Of a DNA stretch of 34,086 bases, positions 21,676 through 31,853 are shown piece by piece (the first letter of the stretch is position 1; the number at the start of each line of letters is the position of its first letter). Below the pieces are notes generated by a model, which did not search any database, had not been told where the DNA came from, and saw only the letters and a list, made by a program, of their open reading frames with translations. Origin of the DNA: Chiloscyllium plagiosum (taxonomy: Eukaryota); assembly GCF_004010195.1 (NCBI RefSeq), contig NW_025215196.1, forward strand, positions 36,143 through 70,228, written 5' to 3'. The translations under genes and the position numbers were made by a program.

Positions 21676-21854
21676 AATGTCTCACAATAATTTTGTATCA
21701 CAATGCAATACGTCATGGATATTTGGAGCTCTGTCAAACATAGGAACATTGTAATTTCTCACTTAATGTCCATAAACAAATATTCGAGATTCAACTGAGA
21801 CAGCAGCTTTGCTTATATCGTTCAGATCAGTCAATTTGTCACAGTTCAGAAAGA

Positions 21855-22050
21855 AAAAGAAATCGATAGAGGGAAACTCAGCAGGTCTGGCACCCTCTGA
21901 GCAGAGATACACAGCTTTAACCTTTGATTTCAATAAGATTTTTTCAGAACAGTGTCACATCATATTCGATATGTTAACTTTGTTTCTCTCTGCAGATACT
22001 TCCTCATCTGTTGCGCTTCTACCATCAATTTCTGTTTGTATTTCATGTTT
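21855..22050. mobile_element. Old fold-back PLE-tail element
   Basis: AAACTCAGCAGGTCTGGCA...CAGAGATACACAGCTTTAAC and GTTAACTTTGTTTCTCTCTGCAGATACT...CTGTTGCGCTT are degenerate inverted arms. Confidence 0.55.
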
Positions 22051-22549
22051 CCTTATCACTATATTTCATGTTTCTTGACAGGGCTACATGCTAAATTTGG
22101 TTACATATGGTATATGTTCCTATTATAGTAGGTGTGTCTGTGACACCTGTGTTACGGCCGAAATCTGTGTCTTCTTTAAGATTCATAGGAAAAAATATAA
22201 TATTTTTCTGATTATCCTGTACATCTCAGGAACTCCACTTTGTTTGAAAAGACATTTCAGAGGCAGCTGAAATTTCATGAGATAATAGGAATAGATTTTT
22301 GATGGTGGAGCACTCTGTGACCTTTGTTTTACCGGCTTGTCTACCCCCTCTGCAAAGGCTTTGATTACATATCACAGAATTATTTACAGCAAAAGTGGGG
22401 GAAACTCAGCCCATTGTCTCTTCCAGCTTGGAATGACTATATCTCTACTGTTAGTCTCCTGTATTATCCCCATTGCCCTTCACATCTTGTTACGAGTGTC
22501 TGCTTTTAATTGTAAGTATTCTGCCAGATATGAACAATATGATCAATCT

Positions 22550-22650
22550 CAAGCAAAAACATAAACAGAACTTAGAGGACAAGCTCAGTAGATCTGGCAG
22601 TTTCTGTGAAGAGAAATCAAAGTTAATATTTCAGGTCTGGTGCCCCTACT
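22550..22650 (-). mobile_element. PLE tail fragment
   Basis: AAGCTCAGTAGATCTGGCAG...AAAGTTAATATTTCAGGTC resembles the reverse complement of the tail at 21590-21670. Confidence 0.5.
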
Positions 22651-24279
22651 CAATCTGTATTCCCAATGATTAAATGGTATGTATATAAAATATAGTTCAC
22701 TTTATCACATTTAATCCTTTTAGTTCACATTGTCATTCAGCATTGCATCTCCCAAATGTTGGTTGATTCCTTGTTATGCATTACATTTAATTCTGTCTGT
22801 CAGAAAGAGTGATGATGACTGGGGAATATCATTGTACTCCCCGTGCAGTCTCCACAGCCACTGCCCCCATTCCGCACTATCTCCCAGCCAATATCATGAT
22901 CATTCGAACCTGACTCATTAATTCATAAGTCTAAATATATACGTTCATTGTAATTATCACTTTTAGTATTGGACTGAGGCTAAAATGCGTAAAAAAGTAT
23001 GCATAAAAAAAACTGCGTTTAGAAGTCTGTCTATTTATATAAATAAATTACTGAAGCATATTCCCTATGGAAGTTCCACAGTTGCCGTGTTAGAGCAGTG
23101 AGAGGAACATTCAGAGAAGTCCACACTTCCTGTCTATGTTCAGGGCAACTGTGCCCAATGACAGTCTGTTCGCTAGCATCTGTTCCCGTGGAGGAGAGAT
23201 CAGCACAGGAACAACATCCTGATTGTGATTCTTTTGGGGGGTAGAGGGATTTTTGGAGAGATGGTTACAGCATAGTAAACGGACAACAGAGCAGAATCAT
23301 GCAGCCGACGAAAAGAAAATATTCTTATTCTCCCTCACAATTGACTTCACTAGAGCAATTGGAGGTGGGAGATGTGACCAATAGCCAGCAATGTCAACAT
23401 GTCGTCCAGTCCAGATATATTGTGAACTGAATGTGCTGGATTGAAAGCTGGGACTGTTTGCTCTGACTGTGATTGATGTCAGTCTCTGTGCAATGCAACT
23501 GTGTCACTGGAGGGTTTTCCTCTCATATTAGTAAGAGGCTTCATTCAGTGCGCTATCCCACTGTAGTAACAGATGCATCAGCTCCAACAGCAGCTGCATA
23601 GATCTGAATCTGAGAATAGCGGACTGGAACATTACAACAATGGAGAAGAGGTTTTCCTTGAGTCTTTTCAAGATTTCCCCCCTTGGGGATTTCTACCATT
23701 TCGGATATCAGCAGTGCTGAAGATTATTTTGGGCGAGGTGGAGGGTGTGCTACTAACCTATTCTCGCTATTGTTGGTGTTCTCTACCTCTGTCAATTCAT
23801 TAATCCCATAACCAAGTTTGAACTTCGTTGCAATTTCTGTTATATATATTTGTCAGAGAAAGAAACTATTGCCTTCAGTTTCAATTGCAGTCTCCATTCA
23901 TTACCAATGAATTGCAGACCACTCCCTCACAAACATCTGAGAACAAAACTGTGCACAACCTCGAGATCCCTTTTGTGCCCTGAACTGATTTATGTCTCCT
24001 GTTCTCTCTGTCACTAAACCTGTCCACTCCCAGCTCCTAATGTCCCCAATCTTCATCTCTGTGTCAGTATTGTTGCTGAACAAGCCATTGGCTGCACGTT
24101 GGTAAAATTCAGACTTAATGTTTCAAGCTCTCTTCTGACCACTTTTCCAATTACAAATATTTCAATCACAAAATTGCTCTTGTCTTGGACGTTACTTCAT
24201 GATTAGGACATTTGTATGAATGAAGGAATGTCGATGGATGTAATTCAGGAGCAAAGCTTATTAAACGAAAGATATTGAT

Positions 24280-24597
24280 TCGAGTGATTTGTTTCAAGTC
24301 CACCACAGCTGATGACAGAACTTAAATAAAAATGATAAGAATTGGAATAAAAGTGAATTTCACGAAAAACAATATTAAAAGCAACATTTTGTCTGAAAAC
24401 CTTCATCTTTCACTGATCACCTTCGGTAAAGAAATCTAATGTCATTACCCGGTCTGGGTTAATTGTGACTTGAGACCCATGACAATGTGCTTAACTTTAT
24501 ATTGGCTTGTGGAATGGCCTCAGAGTCAGGGCAATTAGTGATGGTAACCAAATGCTGCCCTTTGCAGAGATGCCAACATCCCACGAATTAATAAAAT
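24280..24597 (+). mobile_element. Old SINE with a LINE-derived tail
   Basis: B-box-like GTTTCAAGTCC near 24291-24301. The 3' end AGGGCAATTAG...AAATGCTG...GATGCCAACATCCCAC...AATAAAA matches the LINE end at 31081-31145. Confidence 0.6.
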
Positions 24598-24903
24598 TGA
24601 AGGTGAAATCAAATGAAGGAAGTAGCTGAAAATCTGAAATTATAGAAAGAAATGCAAAGAACCGAACAGAAAGTGCCGGGGAACTTTCCTGAACTGAAAG
24701 CAGCTGGAAAGGAGTGTGGATAATACCGTTGACAGGGAAGTCTGCTTTGAAGGGGAGGAGGAATCAATAGAGAAAGAGAGATATAGAATAAAAAAGAGCA
24801 AACAAAGAGAATGATGATCAGCTGGGCTGGAAATAAAATGTGAGATTCACCTCATTTATTTTTCGCCTTTCCCATCTTCCTGAATATCATGCCCATGTAA
24901 ATA

Positions 24904-25129
24904 CAGGTATCCCCGCTTTTCAAAAGTTCGCTTTTCGCCACTTCCCTTTCCGAATGACTTACATTATGACATTGTTTCACTGACCAAAAAAAATCCGAAT
25001 AGGATTTTCACTTTTAGGAAGAAAGCCGAAACTTTTCCCATATACATCAGTGCTACTGCACTTTACAACATATCGGCTTGTGAACGGTTTTGTAGGAACA
25101 CTCTACTTACAAATAGTGAGGGAAAACTG
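24904..25129. mobile_element. Possible Tigger/Tc1-mariner MITE
   Basis: TA|CAGGTATCCCCGCTTTTC at the left and a degenerate inverted match AAATAGTGAGGGAAAACTG at the right. Non-coding, ~226 bp. Confidence 0.5.
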
Positions 25130-25309
25130 AATATATCTAAGATCATGTTTAAAGCGATTTGATTCCCTCTGTCTTTCCTCCCTAAGTGTGGTCTTCTTCT
25201 TATATTCATTAATTAGATATGGGTATCTCTCACTGGGGCAAAATTAGTTCATTTTTTCCAGTTGCCCTTGAGAAGACCTTGAGCCACTGCAGTCCACGTG
25301 TTTGATCTG

Positions 25310-25810
25310 ATTTGGTTTCGTTTATTTTCGTCAAATGTACAATGGAAAGGTTTGTTTTTATTGTAGTGCAGGCACATGACCCGAAACAAGAAAACAGAGA
25401 TCACAGTGTCCTTGGACAGAATGAGGCATACAAGGTAAGAGCTTCTCAGGAGGTGTGCAAAGTAAGATCATTAGCAAGATTAATATTATTTGAAAAGTGA
25501 GAGATGTCAATTTGTCAGTCTAATAATAGTAGGGAAGGAAGTGTTCCTGAGCATGCTGGTCATGTTTTCAAGCCTCTGTGTCTCCTCCCTGTTGGAAGAG
25601 GTTGTAGGAGATCATTACCAGATTGAGAGGGAGATCTTTGATGTTGCCAGCTTTTCTGCGACAATGACAAGTACGAATGGATGGAAGGTTTCTTCCATGA
25701 CGGTCTGGACTCTGCACATAACGGTCTGTAGTTTCTTATGGTCCTGGGCAGAGCAGTTACCATGTGAGGTCATTATGCACCCGAATAGAGTGCTTTGAGT
25801 TGCCATTATA
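25310..25810 (-). mobile_element. Rex1/Babar LINE 3' fragment
   Basis: QSTLFGCIMTSHGNCSAQDHKKLQTVM and LPTGRRHRGLKT are homologous to 26480-26640 and 27330-27500. Confidence 0.75.
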
Positions 25811-26009
25811 CAGAGCACTGGGAGACGGGCGGTTTCAAAATAGTTAGATGTAGCAATTGGCTGTTAAATGGATACCCACGTTTTGGTTGCTGTTTTGACA
25901 ACAATTGAAATGTAACTGATAATTTTAAATTATATCTTCTATACCAAAAGCTTGTTGAGTGTATTGTATTGCCAACATCAAACCAATGAGCCAATACCTG
26001 CTTCAAACG

Positions 26010-26340
26010 AAGAGAGAAGCCATCACCATCACAACGAGGGAGAAAGAGACAGAAACAAAGGGAAGGAGAGAGAGAACACGGCGAGGGAAACAGATGGACA
26101 GTCAGTCAAAGAGAGAAAGGAAACAAAACAAGGAAACAAACCGTCACATGGACAGGGAGAAGGGAAGATACTAGGTTCAGGGAAAGAAACAGAAGACAGG
26201 GAAAAGGAAAGCACAGGGAAGTAGACAGTGGGAACTGGGGAAAGTGTCAAGGGGAGCTGGGAAGACTGGGAGGAGCTGGGGGTGAGGGCCGGAGAGAGCT
26301 GGGCGTGAGCACTGGACGGAGCTGGGGGTAGGGAGGTGAG
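26010..26340 (+). repeat. Purine-rich low-complexity tract (GA-rich, then GAGCTGGG-like repeats)
   Basis: Strong A/G strand bias, with GGAGCTGGG-type units at ~26250-26330. Confidence 0.7.
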
Positions 26341-26646
26341 GATTTATTTTGTCCTGTGCCAAGATGTCCAGGCAGATCATGGTAAGCATGGATATACTGA
26401 ACGATGGTTGTAAAACATGTCTGAGAGGCATATAGGTTAGGCTGCACAGGGCGTGCGCTAGGCGAGATCAATATGAACAAAATCAGCATTATCTGAGATG
26501 ATAGTCCATTCATCAGTCTAATAACAGCTAGGAAGAAGCTGTTCCTGAACCTGCTGCTCTGTGTCTTCAAGCGTCTGTATTTTGTAGCCTAATGGAAGAG
26601 GTCGTGGGAGATCTTTACAAGCATGAGATGGGTCTTTGGTAATGTT

Positions 26647-27325
26647 AGAACAAAGAACATTCCACTACAGGAACACGACATTCGGCGGTCCAAGCTTGCG
26701 CCGATCCAAATTCTAGATCTCAACCTGTCTCCTATTTTCTAAAGGTCTGTATCCATATGCTCCCTGCCCATTCATGCATCTTTCCGGAAATATCTTAAAT
26801 GGAGCACTACTGGTCACAGTTCTCTGTTTTGAGAAACTCCATTCCCCTACTGCGCTCTGTCCCCTGTTGCCAAACCCGTTCTTTATCCATGTAGCTAGCA
26901 CGCCCTGGACACCATGTGACTTCATTTTCTCCATAACACGACCATGGGAAATCTTATCAAATGTTTTCCTGAAGTCTGTGTACATGACATCTACAGCCTC
27001 TCCCTCATCAATCAACTTGGTCACTTCCTCAAATAATTCTATTAAGTTGGTAAGACATGACCTTCCCTGCACTAAACCATTTTTGCCTATCACTGTTAAG
27101 ACCATTTTCATCCAAATGAGAATAGATCCTCTCGCAGCTTCCCTACCCCAGACGTCAGGCTCACCGGTCTATAATTAACTGGATTATTCATGCTACTCTT
27201 CTTAAATAAGGTGATTAGAAACTTTCCCGTCCTCCAGGACCTCAGTTGTGTTCAAGGATGTTCCAAAGGTATCTGTTAAGGCCCCAGATATTTCCTCTCT
27301 CCCTTCCCTCAGTAACCTGGAATAG
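26647..27325 (-). mobile_element. CR1 fragment (RT start joined to the 3' end) inserted in Rex1
   Basis: GRSCLTNLIELFEEVTKLIDEGEAVDVMYTDFRKTFDKISHG, with tail TGTTCTTTGTTCTA. Flanked by ATGTT at 26642-26646 and 27326-27330. Confidence 0.88.
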
Positions 27326-27870
27326 ATGTTGGCAGCCTTTCTGCGGCAATGAACCGTGTAAATAGAGTCAATTGTTGGGAGATTGGAGTCCGTCATAGTC
27401 TGGGCTGTGAACACAATCTTCTGAAGTTTCTGATTATCCTGGGCAGAGTGTTGCCGTACCAGGCCATTACGCACCCGGACAGTACGTTCACAATAGTGCA
27501 CCTGTAGAAATAGTGCATGATAAGTATCCTGAGCCAAGTGAGGAGGGAGAGACGTTTTTGTACCATCTTGACTGTCACACTTATGTGAGAAATCCAGGGT
27601 AGGTTGCCAGTTATCATCACTCCGAGGGACTTGACGCTCTGCACTGTCTCGACCGTCGATGTAGATAGGGGCTTGTTCCCCTCCTTTCGTTCTAAAGTCA
27701 ATGATCAGTTCTTTACTTTTGCCGAATTTGTGGGGGAGATTATTATCAATCCACCATGCCACCAAACACACTATCTCCTTTTTGTGTTCAGACTCATCGT
27801 TGATTGATATCCCTCCTGCTTTGGTGATGTCATCAGCAAACTTACAGTTGGCATTGTTTGGAATTTGGCA

Positions 27871-28971
27871 ACACAGCCACGTGTGTACCAGAGTACAGTA
27901 GGGGGCTGAGGACAAAGCCGTGTGTGTGCAGGGAGTACAGAAGGGGGCTAATGACACAGCCGTGTTTATACAGGAGTCCAGTAGGGGGCTGATGACACAG
28001 TCATATGAGTATAGGGAGTACTGTAGGGGACTGCGGACACAGCCCGTATGTGTACAGGGAGTAGTGTAGGGGGCTGAGGACACAACCGTGTGCGTACAGG
28101 GAGTACAGCAGGGGGCTGAGGGACACAGCCGTGTGTGTAGAGGGAGTAGAGTAGGGGGCTGATGACACAGCCTTGTGTGTACAGGGAGTACAGTAGGGGG
28201 CTGAGAACACAGCCGTGGGTATACAGGGAGTACAGTAGGTGGTTGAGGACACAGCCGTGGTGTAGAGGGAATACTGTAGAGGGCTGAAGACACAGCCGTG
28301 GATGTACAGAGAGTGCAGTAGTGGGCTGAGGGACACAGCTGTGTGTGTACAGGAGTACAGTAGGGGGCTGAGAGCACAGCCATATGTGTACAGGGAGTAC
28401 AGTAGTGAGCTGAGGGACACAGCCGTGTGTCTACAGGGAGTATAGTCGAGAGCTGGGGACACAGCTGTGTGTGTACAGAGAGTACAGTGGGGGCTGAGGG
28501 CACATCTCTTGGTGTACAGGGAGTACAGTCGGGGGTGAGGACACCGCCTTGTGTGTACAGGGAATACAGTAGGAGGCTGAGGGCACAACCGTCGGTTTAC
28601 AGGGAGTACAGAAGGGTGCTAAGAGGGACACAGCCGTGTGTGTACAGGGAGTAGAGTAGGGGGCTTAGGACACAGCCGTGTGTGTACAGGGAGTACAGTA
28701 GGGGGCTGAGGGACACAACCGCGTGTGTACAGGGAGTACAGTAGTGTCTGAGGACACAGCTGTGTGTGTACAGGGAGTGCAGTAGGAGGCTGTGGGCACA
28801 GCCGTCGGTGTACAGGGAGTGCAATAGGAGGCTGAGGGACACAGCCGTGTGTGTACAGGGAGTGCAGTAGGGGGCTGAGGACACAGTCGTGTGTGTACAG
28901 GGAATACAGTAGAGGCTGAGAACACAGCCGTGTGTGTACAGGGAGTGCAATAGGGGGCTGAGGACACATCC
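27871..28971 (-). repeat. Minisatellite, ~26 copies of a ~42-bp unit derived from the Rex1 RT coding sequence
   Basis: Minus-strand unit GGCTGTGTCCTCAGCCCCCTACTGTACTCCCTGTACACACAC encodes GCVLSPLLYSLYTH. Successive GCTGAG anchors lie at 28874, 28915 and 28957. Confidence 0.95.
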
Positions 28972-29929
28972 TTCAGGAGCTCCAGTGTTGAGTGCTGTTG
29001 TGGCGGAGGTGCAGATACCTATCTTCACTAATTGTGGTCTGTTGGTCAGAAACCGTGGGATCTAGTTGCAGAGGGTGGAGCTGCGAATAAGGTCACAGAA
29101 TTTTGAGATCAGTCTGGAGGGGACAATGATGTTTAAGAGTTCAATGAGCAGGAGTCTGGTGTTGGTGTCTTTGTTGTCCAGATGTCCTCGGGATGAGTGC
29201 AGGGCTCGGGATACGACATCTGTTGTGGATCCGTTACATCAGTCGGCATATTACAGTGTACCAATTTAGGCTGGGAGATTGGAGGTGATGTGGGCCATAA
29301 CCAGGCTTTCAAATCACTCCATGTTTATTGAGGTTAGAGCCACTGGGCAGTAATCGTTAAAAAAAATGAGCTTTCTCACTTACAAGGTTGATGTTGGTGT
29401 TCTTGAAGCAGGTTGGGATTTCGGCTTGTGGGAAGGAAAGGCTGAAATTGTATGTGAATACCTCTGTCAGTTGGACCTCACAGGATCTGAGTGCTCAGCC
29501 GGGAACACGATCCAGGCCCGGCGCTTTTCTTGATTTGATTTGCAGGAAGACTGATCATGCCTGCAGCGGTGACAGCGGGCACAGGCACATCCGAGGCTGT
29601 CGGGGCAGGTTTCAGCCTGGCAGTCACACAGTTATTCATCATAGACATCCCGTCGCCGACCTCCCTCCATTGTCATCAATACACAATGACATGGTTGGTG
29701 TGAGCACAACTAAGTTAGTGTTGAGACGGAGCCTGGGATTGTGCGCCATAATGAAGTTAGCTCACAACAAAAGGGGGTAGGGTGTGCTTCTACTGAGAGT
29801 CAATGGTGCAGGGACTGAAGACTTTACAGGTGTAATTCAAGTCAAGCCACTGCTTCAACCTGAATGGAGTCAAGCACCTTGACTGTTGTGCCTTGTAGAT
29901 GATGGGCGGTCCTCAGAGGGCCAGGAAGT

Positions 29930-30610
29930 GTGTTATATATGAACAAACTGAACAAAGGGCTTGAGGGCAGTTTTGCTAAGTTTGCAGATGATATTGAGGA
30001 AGCGGGGACGCTGCAGAAAAGCTTGAACAGTTTAGGACTGTGGGAAAACACGTGGCTGATGGAACAGAATAGGGGAACGTGTGAGAATATGCACTTTGGT
30101 GGGTGGAATAGAGGAGACACTATGTTCTAATAAGATCCATTAAATCTGAAGCACTAAAGTATGTAGAAGCAACTCGTCCTCTCTTATGGTTAACGTGCAT
30201 GTTCAGTTGGCAGGAAGGAAAGCAAAAGCAATGTTCGCATTCATTTCAAGAGAGCAAGAATGCAATTCGGGAGACATACTGCTGAGAATGTAATAGGCTA
30301 TGGACAGACGGCATTTGGCCAAATGTGAGCTGTTTTGGATACTATCTCTGGATAAAGGTCTGTTGGTGTTGGAGGTGATCCATCCTGGCGGCTTATTATA
30401 TGAGCAGCAGTGTAACTCCATGGAATTTAGAAGAACTGTGGGAGTTTGGGGGGGGGGGGGGGTCTGATTGAAACTAATGGATTACTGCAAAGGTTGATAC
30501 AGTCAGTCTGTAGAAGATATTTCCACTTTTCAGAGAGACAATGACAAAATGGCACAGTATCAGAGTGAAGAAATGGGCTGAATGGCCTAAATCTATTGCG
30601 AAATCTCATG
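29930..30610 (+). mobile_element. CR1 RT C-terminal and 3' fragment, decayed
   Basis: SFAKFADD...LQKSLNSLGLWENTWLM...CENMHFG, with tail GGGCTGAATGGCCTA. Confidence 0.8.
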
Positions 30611-31497
30611 CCCTTTAGGTCATAGGGTCTATTATGCAGTAGAGACTTGTAAGTCTCTGACCTGCTGTTGTAACCCTTGTATTTGTATGTTGATTTGACT
30701 TCACGTTCTGGACAATGGTAACCCGTGTGATATGGACGGTGGGAAAATTCAGCGTCAACCAGTATTCCATCAATATTTTGAATATGAGCTGCTATCAGTG
30801 AGTCTCATCTGGCGGGAGTACATTCTCTCTACGATGAATGTCATTTACTGTCTGGTACTTTCGAAGGATTGATCCTGTTATGCCAGTATTGTTGATTTAA
30901 ACAAAGCAGGTGCAATTTATCACAGCACTCAGCAGCAATATGCCATCGAGTACTGAACACCCTTCTAATAACAGAAAATTCTAAAATGTTCAATATTAGA
31001 AACACTGCTTTCCTGTTCGTGTTCAAATGAGATAACCTGTCCCATCGAGATGCTCAACTTGGAAGTTTTTTTTTACAAGTTTTTATTGGATGTGGGCATC
31101 GCTAGATGTGCCCAGCATTTCTTGCCAGTCCCCAGTTGCCCTTGAGAAGTTGGTGCTGAGCTGCCTTCTCGAACTGTTGCAAACTACCTGCTGTGCGGCG
31201 ACCCACTATTGATTAAAAAGGGAATTCCAGGGTTTTCACGCAGCAACAGTGAAGGAAAAGCGATATATTTCCAAAACAGGATGTTGACTGGTTTGGAGGG
31301 GAATGTGAAGGTGGCGGGGTTCCCAAAATTCTACTGCCCTTGTCATTCCAGATGGATGTGTTTGTGAGATTGGAAGAGGCTGTGTGAGGATCTTTGTGGA
31401 ATTTCTCCATTGTGTCTTGTAGATAGTGCACACTGCTGCTCCTGAGTGACCATGGTGAAGGGAGTGAATGCTTGTGGATGTGGTGCAAATCAAATGG

Positions 31498-31747
31498 NNN
31501 NNNNNNNNNNNNNNNNNNNNNNNNNNNNNNNNNNNNNNNNNNNNNNNNNNNNNNNNNNNNNNNNNNNNNNNNNNNNNNNNNNNNNNNNNNNNNNNNNNNN
31601 NNNNNNNNNNNNNNNNNNNNNNNNNNNNNNNNNNNNNNNNNNNNNNNNNNNNNNNNNNNNNNNNNNNNNNNNNNNNNNNNNNNNNNNNNNNNNNNNNNNN
31701 NNNNNNNNNNNNNNNNNNNNNNNNNNNNNNNNNNNNNNNNNNNNNNN
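31498..31747. other. Assembly gap (250 N)
   Basis: Run of N. Confidence 1.
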
Positions 31748-31853
31748 GGAAACCCACGCAGACACGGGGAGAATGTGCAAACTCCACACAGTCAGTCGCC
31801 TGAGGCGGGAATTGAACCCGGGTCTCCAGCGCTGCGAGGCAGCAGTGCTAACC
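31748..31853 (-). mobile_element. HE1-like V-SINE, partial
   Basis: B box GGTTCAATTCC and V-domain core on the minus strand, closely similar to 11031-11135. Confidence 0.88.

Larger units (their letters stand above)
26340..29560 (-). mobile_element. Rex1/Babar LINE, 5'-truncated, containing a CR1 insertion and an internal minisatellite
   Basis: LNTGAPEGCVLSPLL...CKFADD...INDESEHKKEI...SKELIIDFR...CRRKAANI. After the CR1 insert it resumes TKDPSH...SRFRNSFFLAVIRLMN and runs to a 3' end at ~26340. Confidence 0.88.

Noticed and set aside
23480..23700. Coiled-coil exon (HQLQQQLHRSESENSGLEH)
   Set aside because: It weakly resembles a decayed CR1 ORF1 start and is too degenerate to call either way.
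25952..26250. Charged Glu/Arg/Lys-rich ORFs
   Set aside because: Artefacts of the GA-rich low-complexity tract.
27202..28503. 433-aa ORF (and overlapping 100-195-aa ORFs) as a novel repeat protein
   Set aside because: It is a read-through of the stop-free minisatellite into frameshifted Rex1 and CR1 remnants, switching frames arbitrarily. There is no evidence of a gene.
27871..28971. CRISPR-like array
   Set aside because: Units are contiguous with no unique spacers, there are no cas genes, and the context is vertebrate.
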